Shown: positions 1-8,736 of the stretch, one piece after another | Numbering within the stretch: the first letter of the stretch is position 1 | How the letters are laid out: each line of letters opens with the position of its first letter | Origin: an uncultured Chloroflexia bacterium | GTDB lineage: Bacteria > Chloroflexota > Anaerolineae > Anaerolineales > Villigracilaceae | Assembly: GCA_963830585.1 (NCBI GenBank) | Contig: CAWHNA010000003.1 | Span: 792,903-856,902, forward strand | Direction of reading: 5' to 3' | Length of the DNA: 64,000 nucleotides | Position numbers and translations under genes: made by a program | Notes under the pieces: generated by a model | Databases searched by the model: none | Seen by the model: only the letters and a program-made list of their open reading frames with translations | What the model was told of the DNA's origin: nothing

Positions 1-1190
1 CTAAACAGGTGCAATTTGACGGACCTGGCTGTGGGTGCCCAGACTCCCAGGGTGGGAACGTCCCCGACAAAAGTCACACCTAACGGGCCAGAATAGGAAA
101 ACAGGCTGTCTAGGGCGCCGGCGAGCTGGACGCCGGTGGCATCGATAAGTTCGCCCTGGTCATTACGTGCAACAACCGCTAACTGACCCTTGACGACTTC
201 GGGCAGCCCAGCAAAATCAGTTGGATCAATTTTGAATGCGGACCAGGCGCTCAGGTATGGGTTTTTTGTAAACACATCTCCACCCGGACCAGATTGGCTA
301 AAGCTGAGCTGGATTTCCTTGCCGCCCGTTATGCCAGTGGGTGTGAGGGAAAGGCTGGCGTCGGGCGAGGAGACCAGAGAATACTTATCCAGCGGTGAGC
401 CAGCGATATTCCACAATATCGTATCCTGGTTGACCCAGACGGCTTTCGACTTGGTCAAATCGCCAATAGGAGCACCGGTTGTACTGATGGTAAGTGCTTT
501 TTTTACAGCATCGTATCCAAAATAGATTTCATCACCGTCATTGGCAACGGTGAAGGGTTGGGCGGACTCGGAGGGTTTCGAAAGCTCATCGTTAATCGCC
601 AGGGCTAGCGTGTAAATTCCGGCCTTAAGGGAGTGCGTTGTGAAGGAGTAAATGCCGCTTCCACTCGGGTCTTCCAGCCAGGCGCGCATGCATGTCAAGT
701 CGTTATCACTGGAGCAGCCGAGCTGTTTTTGAAAATCGCCTGTAGCAACCACAATGGGAGTATTGAAATTATCGGTAACCCAGTGAGATATCGGATCGAA
801 ATAAAATTTGACCTTTGTAGCTTTATCAACCACAAGGGGGATGTCTGCCCCGGAACTGACGGCATTCTTACCATAATTCACACTCCAACTGCCATCCAGA
901 GCAACTTTATAGCGCGGCCCTTTCTGATCCTGGTCGTTGTTTGGAGTGACATCGAAGATACCTTTCCAGACGCCATCGTTCGGGTCCAATGTGAGGTTTG
1001 TCTTGCTGCAGTCAGGCATCCAGTCGCCCGGGCAGCCCAGTTCAGACTGAAGTGTGCCTGCAATGGTCACAGTGGTAGCGTCCGCTGAAGAGCTGGCAGC
1101 CAAAGCAAGAGTTGGAGAGGCAGGAGCAATGAATGATACGAATAAACCAACCATTGCCAGGCAACGCAAAAAGTGTTTGAAGTTGACCAT
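1..1190 (-). CDS. pullulanase-type alpha-1,6-glucosidase, N-terminal part (gene runs off the left window edge)
   Basis: The minus-strand frame is open from ATG 1190-1188 (GGAGAT RBS upstream) to position 1. It is absent from the ORF track because it has no stop in the window. Hand translation gives MVNFKHFLRCLAMVGLFVSFIAPASPTLALAASS (signal peptide), then GTLQSELGCPGDWMPDCSKTNLTLDPNDGVWKGIF..YKVALDGSWSVNYG, AVWVNQDTILW, and VKGQLAVVARNDQGELIDATGVQLAGALDSLFSYSGPLGVTFVGDVPTLGVWAPTARSVKLHLF. This matches pullulanase N-terminal carbohydrate-binding modules leading into CBM48. Confidence 0.7.
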   Translation of the reverse strand, partial: MVNFKHFLRCLAMVGLFVSFIAPASPTLALAASSSADATTVTIAGTLQSELGCPGDWMPDCSKTNLTLDPNDGVWKGIFDVTPNNDQDQKGPRYKVALDGSWSVNYGKNAVSSGADIPLVVDKATKVKFYFDPISHWVTDNFNTPIVVATGDFQKQLGCSSDNDLTCMRAWLEDPSGSGIYSFTTHSLKAGIYTLALAINDELSKPSESAQPFTVANDGDEIYFGYDAVKKALTISTTGAPIGDLTKSKAVWVNQDTILWNIAGSPLDKYSLVSSPDASLSLTPTGITGGKEIQLSFSQSGPGGDVFTKNPYLSAWSAFKIDPTDFAGLPEVVKGQLAVVARNDQGELIDATGVQLAGALDSLFSYSGPLGVTFVGDVPTLGVWAPTARSVKLHLF

Positions 1191-1512
1191 GGGATATCTC
1201 CTCTCTAATTACTTTGGTGATCTGCAGGGACAAATATACACCACCTATGAAACGCCCGTTATAATTTAGTAAGGCATTCTGACTGAATCTAAGGACCTCG
1301 ATTTCTTGAGAGATCTGGTTAGTTCCATTTTAATCAAAATCATTTATTTAACCCAGGTCAATCTGTCCGGAGTTTATTTTGACCTGGGTTAGTAGAAATG
1401 AAGGTGGAACGCTTATAAAATGAGATCGTTCAGTTCCAGATGAACGATCTCTAGCACAAGCTTGTAGTACCTGACATTTAATCACCAAAATAGCTAACTT
1501 CTAATTCCACTG

Positions 1513-1600
1513 CGGAGAGGGTGGGATTCGAACCCACGGTGACCCATAAGGCCACAACGGTTTTCGAGACCGTCCCATTCAACCGCTCTGGCACCTCTCC
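1513..1600 (-). tRNA. tRNA-Ser (anticodon CGA)
   Basis: Reverse complement is GGAGAGGTGCCAGAGCGGTTGAATGGGACGGTCTCGAAAACCGTTGTGGCCTTATGGGTCACCGTGGGTTCGAATCCCACCCTCTCCG. It has a 7-bp acceptor stem, an anticodon loop CU-CGA-AA, a long variable arm (class II) and a GGTTCGAATCC T-loop. CCA is not encoded. Confidence 0.9.
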
Positions 1601-1701
1601 TGGAGCATTTCAAGAAAACGTTGCTGTATGAATAGTACCGCAAGATTAACGAAACACGGGATACGCAGCACCGGTTATTAGCGGGGCGATTATATCTTAT
1701 A

Positions 1702-2876
1702 TCAGCTTTTCTTTATTGACTTTCTTTTGGGTTCAACCCTGGCATGTTTCGTGGTAATGACTGCTAATATTTCCCCACCGAATTGACTTACCCGCCAGGG
1801 ACTATCCGGCATTAGGGTGGATAGTTCTTGTATGTTTTTCGGATTTTTCTCTGCAATATGATGCATCCAGCTTTTTGGCAGGATGATATCTGATTCGACC
1901 CCGGTTTTTAACCTGTTTTTTTGCGCCACTCTGACAGGACGTTCAACCTGTCAAGGAATGCTTGGTTGGGACGTAAGCTGCGTGGGCGGCTTACCATGGG
2001 TTTCAATTTTCCGCGCCCCACCGCTTGCAGGATTTCGCTCCCGAATAAATGGATTTGCCTGGTCGTCATGCCGAGCGCTGCCAAATCCTTGTGTGATTCT
2101 GGGAGCGTTTGGGTGATCGTAACCAACCGTTTATCGTCAATCACTTTGAACGGGGGACGGTCCATTTGCTTGGCTTGGTTCTCGCGCCAGGCGCACAATT
2201 GCTGCAGAATAGTCAATTGCCGGTCGCTGAATTTCTGCGCCCCTTTTACTCGCTGCCAGGGTGGCATTTCGGCTTTCCCATTCCCATTACCGTTGCCATG
2301 TGCCAGGCGGATGAATTCTTCCTGCGCCAACTCCCACCTGCTGCGGGTTTTAAGCTCATCTTCCAGGCTGTCACGTAAAGCCAGGAGGTGATGCGTATCG
2401 AGCCGGGCGTAACTTAGCATTTCATGGGAAAGTGGCCGCTCTCCCCAATCAGCTTTTTGATATTTTTTGTCAAGTTTAATGCCCAATTTCTCCTCGAGCA
2501 TTGAATCAAGCCCAACCCGGTCATAGCCTAAAATGCGGGCAGCTTGCATGGTATCGAACAATTTGGCAACGGTGATCCCGAAATCGCGCTTCAGGCAGAT
2601 AAGATCATATTCGGCTGCATGGAAAACAAGTTCGATCTCATGGTTGTCAAAGACCGGCTTCAATGGATCGAGATCTGAGAGCCCAAGTGGGTCTACCAGG
2701 AAATCTGTTCGTGGAGTTGAAAATTGGAGCAGGCATAATTGTTCCTGGAACGCATGCAGTGAATTGGATTCGGTGTCGACCGCAATACGCCCCCAGTGAG
2801 TAAGTTCATCGGCAAGTTGTTTTAAGCTACTGTGATCGGCAATCCAGATGGGTGGGGGAAGTTTATTGACTTGCAT
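1702..2876 (-). pseudogene. rnd: ribonuclease D (DEDD 3'-5' exonuclease + HRDC), frame broken once near the 3' end
   Basis: ORF 1908-2876 has the exonuclease motifs (IAVDTESNSL, HAAEYDL, YARLDTHHLL) and stops at ..LSEWRKKTG. ORF 1702-1929 in another frame continues the HRDC domain (LKTGVESDIILPKSWMHHIAEKNPKNIQELSTLMP..WRVSQFGGEIL). The junction is a T7 run at 1916-1922. Span length is 3n+2, so one base is missing. Confidence 0.8.
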
Positions 2877-2955
2877 CGAACTCGATTATATCCTTTTATC
2901 TTTATCGATTTTGCATCATGCTGTAGCAGAATTCAACGCGATTGGTAACCTTGGA

Positions 2956-3459
2956 TTATCGAATCTTTTCCATGACGAGCGCATTTTCATTATCATTGTA
3001 ATATTCCCTCCACGTATCCACTGCAAGGTACCCTTCCTGCTGGTAAAGGTGGATCGCCGTTTCGTTGGAGACTCGCACACACAAACGGATGCGAGGTTGA
3101 GTCAACCTCTTCTCACATTCCTGCAGTAAAGCCCGCCCGAAGCCGCGCCGCTGGAATTCCGGGACCACGCCCACCGTGGCAATCCACGCCAAATGTTCTG
3201 AAGGGCGCGGATCCCCTGCTATAAAGCCGATCATCTGGCCATTTTCGACTGCTTTTAAGCGCACGATCTCCGGCCAGGTCAATACAGCGATCAGGTCGAG
3301 GAGCGGCCAGGCGTCTTTAAGGAAACAAGCTTGTTCCACTCGGCGCAAGCCACCCAGGTCACGCAGGTTGGCAGGAAGTATATCCATATGACCGGTAATT
3401 CCCGAAGTAAAGAAGCCTCTCGCATGTAAGCGAGAGGCTTCTATTGTACTATTTACCAA
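2956..3459 (-). CDS. GNAT family N-acetyltransferase (RimI-like)
   Basis: 167-aa ORF with the acetyl-CoA motif VVPEFQRRGFGRALL and a YQQEGY tail. The internal ATG at 3387 (MDILPANL) is a plausible true start. Confidence 0.7.
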   Translation of the reverse strand: MVNSTIEASRLHARGFFTSGITGHMDILPANLRDLGGLRRVEQACFLKDAWPLLDLIAVLTWPEIVRLKAVENGQMIGFIAGDPRPSEHLAWIATVGVVPEFQRRGFGRALLQECEKRLTQPRIRLCVRVSNETAIHLYQQEGYLAVDTWREYYNDNENALVMEKIR

Positions 3460-3472
3460 CCACTTTTACTGT

Positions 3473-4372
3473 TTATTTTTCCTTCCCCTTGACGAAATTA
3501 TCGATCATGCTGGTGAATTCCATCGGGAAAATGAATTTGGTGGATGCGCCCAGTCCGAGGCTTTTGAGGGTTTCGAAGTACTGCAGGGTCATCGTCTTCT
3601 GGTCAATGGTCTTCGCAGCCGCGAAGATCTTCTCGAGAGCCACAGAGAAACCTTCAGCCTTCAGCACCTGAGCTTGTTTCTGACCTTCGGCTTCCAAGAT
3701 GGCAGCTTGTTTCGAACCTTCTGCCTTAAGAATGGAGGACTGCTTTTCTCCTTCTGCCACGTTGATGGCCGCCTCGCGTGTACCGGTCGATTCGGTGACC
3801 ACGGCGCGGCGGATGCGCTCGGCAGACATCTGCTTGTTCATTGCGTCCTGAACATCCTTGGGCGGAATGATCTCGCGAATTTCAACGTTCGTCACTTTAA
3901 CGCCCCAGCGCTCGGTGACCTCGTCCAGTTTGGTTCGCAGGGTTTGGTTGATGTGTTCACGCTGCGAGAGCACTTCATCAAGAGGAATACCACCGATGAC
4001 GGAACGCAGGGTGGTGGTGGCCATACCGGCAGCAGATAATTCAAAGTTTCCAACACCAACTACGCTCAAGGTTGGATCCATCACCTTGAAATACCACAGG
4101 AAGTCAATAGAGATAGGAGCGTTATCCTTGGTGATGGACACCTGGTGGGGGACTTCGCGCACCTGCTCCCGCAGGTCAGCTTTGACCGCCCGGTCTACCA
4201 CCGGGATGAGCAGCACCAGGCCGGGACCTTTGGTCCCGATGCAGCGGCCCAGTCGGAATACGATCAATCGCTGGTATTCATTGACGATGCGGACGGCGTT
4301 CATCAGGAAAATGACCAGGACGATCACCACGAAAGCTACGACACATAGAAGTGTTGTTAGATTGGCAGACAT
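3473..4372 (-). CDS. SPFH/band-7 stomatin-like protein (slipin)
   Basis: 299 aa with an N-terminal TM helix followed by VNEYQRLIVFRLGR..GPGLVLLIPVVDR and a long coiled-coil tail (AEGEKQ..AEGSKQ..AEGQKQ). It lies directly downstream of an NfeD gene, the classic nfeD-stomatin pair. Confidence 0.85.
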   Translation of the reverse strand: MSANLTTLLCVVAFVVIVLVIFLMNAVRIVNEYQRLIVFRLGRCIGTKGPGLVLLIPVVDRAVKADLREQVREVPHQVSITKDNAPISIDFLWYFKVMDPTLSVVGVGNFELSAAGMATTTLRSVIGGIPLDEVLSQREHINQTLRTKLDEVTERWGVKVTNVEIREIIPPKDVQDAMNKQMSAERIRRAVVTESTGTREAAINVAEGEKQSSILKAEGSKQAAILEAEGQKQAQVLKAEGFSVALEKIFAAAKTIDQKTMTLQYFETLKSLGLGASTKFIFPMEFTSMIDNFVKGKEK

Positions 4373-4398
4373 ACTAATCTCCTTTTTAAAAGAACAAA

Positions 4399-5004
4399 TT
4401 ACTGGTTGGATAGCTCTTCAGGAGTGACCAGTAATACGAATCCCTCCCTGCTCACGACACGTACCCGGCTGCCTGCCGGGATGGGTTTCTCGCTCCGGGC
4501 ACTCCACAATTCACCTGCTACTTGCACCGAACCATCTTCCTCGACCCGGGTCTTGGTTTGGCCGGTTTTTCCGATCAGAGTGGAAAGGTCCTGGAGAGGT
4601 CGGGCGTGATGTGCTTGCATCCCCTTGCGGACAGCCAGCCACAAAAAGCTCCCACTCAAAATCGAGACCACTAAGGCAACCAGCGGGTTGACAGCTGGCA
4701 GCCATCCACTGGACGGGAACAGGTACACGGAACCGATGATTACTCCCAGTAGACTTAATGCGAGGAAAAGTTCCCGCTTGGGTCTTTGGATCGAGTAAAT
4801 GAATGGCACCAGGCTCAGTACGAGCACAATGAGTGCCCATACATTGAACCCGAGATTAAAAATAGCATAGCCTGCCAGTGCCAAAAATAAAATAGCCCCG
4901 CCCTCCATTAAATGTGTTCCGGGAGTGACGATGGCCATAAGTAAAAGTATTGAACCCAGCACGAGTAAAATGTACGCGATATTGGGGTCGAGTAGAATAT
5001 CCAT
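4399..5004 (-). CDS. NfeD family membrane protein (short form with C-terminal OB fold)
   Basis: 201 aa with 4-5 TM helices followed by GELWSARSEKPIPAGSRVRVVSREGFVLLV (NfeD OB-fold signature). It is 27 nt upstream of the stomatin gene. Confidence 0.8.
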   Translation of the reverse strand: MDILLDPNIAYILLVLGSILLLMAIVTPGTHLMEGGAILFLALAGYAIFNLGFNVWALIVLVLSLVPFIYSIQRPKRELFLALSLLGVIIGSVYLFPSSGWLPAVNPLVALVVSILSGSFLWLAVRKGMQAHHARPLQDLSTLIGKTGQTKTRVEEDGSVQVAGELWSARSEKPIPAGSRVRVVSREGFVLLVTPEELSNQ

Positions 5005-5195
5005 AGCCGTTCCTTTCTGGAGACGCCAAAATGATTATACATCCATTCAGTTGACTCTCCGTTATTAGTATCTACGCTATTTACGGTCTCATGGTTTTAT
5101 GCGAAATTTGGGGGTGGAATTATCAATTTATTGAAGCCATCACGATATTTATAACTTGACTGTGTTAAATGGACTTAGCCCATTGATACCCTTCC

Positions 5196-5223
5196 TTGGC
5201 ATGAAGCCCGTATCCGGTATAAT
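5196..5223 (+). promoter_or_regulatory. candidate sigma-70 promoter for the SPFH/selD unit
   Basis: TTGGCA (5196-5201), 16-nt spacer, TATAAT (5218-5223), about 40 nt upstream of the RBS AGGAGA and ATG 5266. Confidence 0.5.
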
Positions 5224-5265
5224 ACTCTTGAGTTTTTTCCAAATTAAGTTTTTTAGGAGAATTAA

Positions 5266-6273
5266 ATGAATATTGCGAGTGTACTTAAAGGACTGGCCAG
5301 CTTTTCATGGCTTTTAGTGGTGGGCATCATCGTCCTGGCTGTATATCGTGCCAGTCGAGCCAAACCGTTGAAAAGTGCCGTCTGGATTGTGCTCGGGACG
5401 GTTGTTTTTTCTCTTCTTTTGACCACGGTTAGTGCTGGCCTTGTATTCCTGCAAGCTGACCAGTATGGTGTCGTAATTTCTGCCATTCAGCCTACAGGCT
5501 ATCGTACCCAGCCGCTGGCACCCGGTTTGCACTGGGTGGTCCCGTTTCTCGAGAACGTCCAGCCTTATTCGATTGCCAAGCAGACCTACACCATGGCTAC
5601 CGCCACCAGTGAGGGACAGGTGGTGGGTGACGATTCCATCCAGGCACGCACGAAAGATGGTCAGCAGGTTTTTCTTGATGCTTCGGTTATCTATTCCATA
5701 GATCCAACCCATTTGATCGATTTGCACATCTCCTGGCAAAATCGGTTTGAAGACCTCGTGGTTCGACCTGTTGTCAGATCCGCCATACGCGATGCTGTGT
5801 CGCAATTCGGCGTGGAAGAAATTGTCAGCACTAAGCGTGCTGAGCTTGAACAAATGATATTCGATACGATAAAGGTCGGTCTAACAGCAAATAACCTGAT
5901 GATGGATGATTTCCTTCTGCGGAATATTCGCTTTAGCGACGAGTACGCCGCCGCGGTGGAACAAAAACAGATCGCCGAGCAATTGGCTCTCCAGGCGCAA
6001 TTTGTGGTGCAGCAGAGGAAACAGGAGGCTGAACAGGCCCGCCAGGTGGCGCAGGGTACTGCTGATGCGGCTGTCATTTCAGCACAGGGTGCAGCACAGG
6101 CTATCCTTCTTACAGCGCAAGCTCAGGCGCAGGCCAACGAAGTCCTGGCAAAGTCCCTTACTCCTGATTTATTGACGTACACATACATTCAAAAAATCGC
6201 CCCCAATATCCAGGTAATGTACCTGCCGAGTGGGACTCCCCTTCTTTTACCGGCTGTGACCCCGCCCCAATAA
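5266..6273 (+). CDS. SPFH/band-7 prohibitin (HflC/K-like) family protein
   Basis: 335 aa with an N-terminal TM, an SPFH core (VVISAIQP..GLHWVVPFLENV, DASVIYSIDP) and an Ala/Gln-rich coiled coil. Confidence 0.8.
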   Translation: MNIASVLKGLASFSWLLVVGIIVLAVYRASRAKPLKSAVWIVLGTVVFSLLLTTVSAGLVFLQADQYGVVISAIQPTGYRTQPLAPGLHWVVPFLENVQPYSIAKQTYTMATATSEGQVVGDDSIQARTKDGQQVFLDASVIYSIDPTHLIDLHISWQNRFEDLVVRPVVRSAIRDAVSQFGVEEIVSTKRAELEQMIFDTIKVGLTANNLMMDDFLLRNIRFSDEYAAAVEQKQIAEQLALQAQFVVQQRKQEAEQARQVAQGTADAAVISAQGAAQAILLTAQAQAQANEVLAKSLTPDLLTYTYIQKIAPNIQVMYLPSGTPLLLPAVTPPQ

Positions 6274-6288
6274 CCTTGAGAGGTCTGA

Positions 6289-7350
6289 ATGTCAGATGTC
6301 CATCCAACAGGACGCCAGATTCGTTTGACCAGTTATTCCAACTGCGCAGGTTGAGCATCGAAATTGAATGCGGAGACGCTGGCGCAAGTCTTGCGCCCTG
6401 TTGAAAAAATATTCGATAACCGCAACTATCCAGACCTCCTGGTTGGTCTTACCAAACCTGACGACGCAGCCATCTGGAGATTGGATTCGAAGCGCGCCCT
6501 GGTGGTGACAACCGACTTTTTCACCCCGGTGGTGGACGATCCTTACGATTTCGGAAGCATTGCTGCTGCGAACAGTCTGTCCGACGTATACGCCATGGGT
6601 GGAACCCCTTTCCTTGCGTTGAATGTCGCTGCCTTGCTGCCAGATCTTCCACCGGAAATAAACTCGGAAATTCTACGCGGCGGTGCGGAAAAATGCCTGG
6701 AAGCTGGAGTTGTGATCGCAGGCGGACATACTGTCCAGGACAAAGAACCGAAATATGGATTGGTGGTTATCGGTTTTGTCGACCCGCAAAAAATGCTTAC
6801 TAAGGGAGGTGTCCAGCCTGGTGATGTGCTGGTAATTACCAAACCGCTTGGTTTTGGCGTGACCACCACTGCCCTTAAGCAGGAAAAGGCCGCTACTGAA
6901 GACGTGGCTGAGGTGGTGGATTGGATGAAAAAACTAAACCGGGCTGCGGGTGCGTTGGCACTGGAATTTGGTCTGCACGCAGCAACCGATGTAACCGGAT
7001 TTGGTCTATTGGGTCATGGGGATGAAATGGCCGCGGCCTCGGGGGTGGGATTCCAGTTTAACTTGGAGAATATCCCCTTCGTGTCAGGGGCACTAAAGTA
7101 TGCCCAATTAGGGACCTTCCCCGGCGGAGCTTCTGACAACCGCTATTATTTTGGCCCACGTGCTCATTTTACAGAAGATATTCCTGATGAAAAACAAATG
7201 CTCCTGTTCGACCCTCAGACGAGCGGCGGGTTGTTGATCGCGGTCCCTCGATCCATGCAGGCAGCCTTTATGAATAGAGCAAAAGAAATTGATTTACCGG
7301 CTTGGGTGATTGGTCACGCATTTGAAGGAGAAGGTATCTGCGTGGTTTAA
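6289..7350 (+). CDS. selD: selenide, water dikinase SelD, selenocysteine-containing (UGA 6352-6354 read as Sec)
   Basis: The track ORF 6364-7350 is clearly SelD (DDAAIW, TTDFFTPVVDDPYDFG, AANSLSDVYAMGG, GGHT). The same frame extends upstream through a single TGA to ATG 6289 (RBS GAGAGG), giving MSDVHPTGRQIRLTSYSNCAG-U-ASKLNAETL. This aligns with E. coli RLTQYSHGAG-C17-GCK20, placing U on the catalytic Cys/Sec and conserving the Lys. Confidence 0.8.
6381..6397 (+). promoter_or_regulatory. candidate bacterial SECIS apical hairpin
   Basis: GGCGCAAGUCUUGCGCC forms a 6-7 bp GC-rich stem with G-U in the apical loop. The loop G lies 34 nt 3' of the UGA. Confidence 0.45.
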
Positions 7351-7361
7351 CCCGTTAAAAG

Positions 7362-8666
7362 GTGATCCCTATGGAAATTGGAATTCGGATCCTGATAATT
7401 TTTTTGCTCATTCTTCTGAGCGGTTTCTTCTCGATGTCGGAGGCAGCTATCTTTGCTGCACGCAAATCGCGCCTGCAGCATCGCGCCAATGAGGGTGATG
7501 ATGGCGCCCGCCGCGCCCTTGACCTCTCCGGAACCCCAAATCGATTTCTCCCTACTGTCACGATTGGGATTACCCTGGTGGGTATTTTGACTGGAGCGAT
7601 CGGTGGTGCGCCAATTGCAAATGCACTGGCGTTGCAAATGGATAAGATCCCCGCGCTCATCCCTTATTCACAATCGCTTTCGCTGATCCTGGTCGTTATC
7701 CTGCTGACGTTTGTCTCCATGCTGTTTGGCGAATTGGTGCCAAAACGAATAGCCCTTTACAATTCAGACAAGATTGCCGGGGGAATTGCTGGTTTCATGG
7801 GTTTTGTGTCTGCCTTCTTGTACCCTGTTGTCTGGTTGTTGGGGAAATCAACTGATGCGATGCTGCATCTCCTGCGAATTAAACATACGGAACCACCTCT
7901 TGTGACGGAGGAAGAATTACTTGTTCAGCTAAATGAAGGCACCCAGGCCGGCGTATTCGAAGAAGCGGAACAGGATATGGTGGAAGGTGTCTTTTCACTT
8001 TCCGACCAGCGGGTGAATGCTCTGATGACACCCCGCAGCGAAATTGTTTGGTTGGATATCAACGATACGCCCGAGGAAATTCGCCGGAAAGTGAAGGATT
8101 GCCCGTTCTCCCGTTTTCCCGTGGGCGATGACAGTTTGGATAATATTGTAGGAGTTGTTAAAGCCAAGGAGCTCCTACTGGCCGATCTTAAAAATGGCAA
8201 GCAGCTGATCGAAATATCCCGTCCGCCGCTTTACGTCCCAGAAACCGCATTTGGGTCGCGCGCATTGGAAATCCTGAAAGAAGCCAAGCGTGAAATGGTC
8301 CTGGTGGTGGACGAATTCGGCGTAGTCCAGGGCTTGCTGACCTACGCGGACATTATCGAAGAAATCGTAGGGGCTTTTGAGGGGGAGCCGCAGGCAACCC
8401 AGCGGCAGGATGGTTCCTGGTTATTGGATGGGATGCTTGCAAACGATGAGTTCAAGGAAATCTTTAACCTGCGCCGCCTGCCTGATGAGGAAGAGTACGA
8501 AACTCTCGGCGGTTTTGTCATGCTTCAACTGGGGCGCATTCCTCAGGCTGCCGATCTTTTTGAATGGAACGGCCTGCGCTTCGAAGTAATGGACATGCAT
8601 GGCAAGCGCGTCGATAAGATCCTCGTGACAAACGTCCCTCCTAAAACCCCTGCAGCGGAGACATAA
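7362..8666 (+). CDS. hemolysin-family / CNNM (DUF21-CBS-CorC_HlyC) membrane protein
   Basis: 434 aa with a 4-TM DUF21 N-terminus (LSGFFSMSEAA), a CBS pair and a CorC/HlyC C-terminal domain (DGSWLLDGM..LGGFV..LGRIP). Confidence 0.85.
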   Translation: MIPMEIGIRILIIFLLILLSGFFSMSEAAIFAARKSRLQHRANEGDDGARRALDLSGTPNRFLPTVTIGITLVGILTGAIGGAPIANALALQMDKIPALIPYSQSLSLILVVILLTFVSMLFGELVPKRIALYNSDKIAGGIAGFMGFVSAFLYPVVWLLGKSTDAMLHLLRIKHTEPPLVTEEELLVQLNEGTQAGVFEEAEQDMVEGVFSLSDQRVNALMTPRSEIVWLDINDTPEEIRRKVKDCPFSRFPVGDDSLDNIVGVVKAKELLLADLKNGKQLIEISRPPLYVPETAFGSRALEILKEAKREMVLVVDEFGVVQGLLTYADIIEEIVGAFEGEPQATQRQDGSWLLDGMLANDEFKEIFNLRRLPDEEEYETLGGFVMLQLGRIPQAADLFEWNGLRFEVMDMHGKRVDKILVTNVPPKTPAAET

Positions 8667-8736
8667 CCTGGCCGACTCCTTTGATCTGCAACCAGACTTC
8701 CCCTCCCGGAGATCACCGGTTTACGGGCGGGGTGGG

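Noticed and set aside
1349-1450. Two inverted repeats (AACCCAGGTCAA..TTGACCTGGGTT at 1349-1390; GATCGTTCA..TGAACGATC at 1424-1450) downstream of tRNA-Ser, considered as terminators or a mobile-element end
   Set aside because: Neither is followed by a clear U-run on the tRNA strand, and there are no flanking direct repeats or integrase. I left them unannotated as possible weak terminators or processing sites.
1513-1600. Long-variable-arm tRNA near selD considered as tRNA-Sec (selC)
   Set aside because: The anticodon is CGA, not UCA. The acceptor stem is a normal 7 bp with a standard tRNA-Ser class II architecture.
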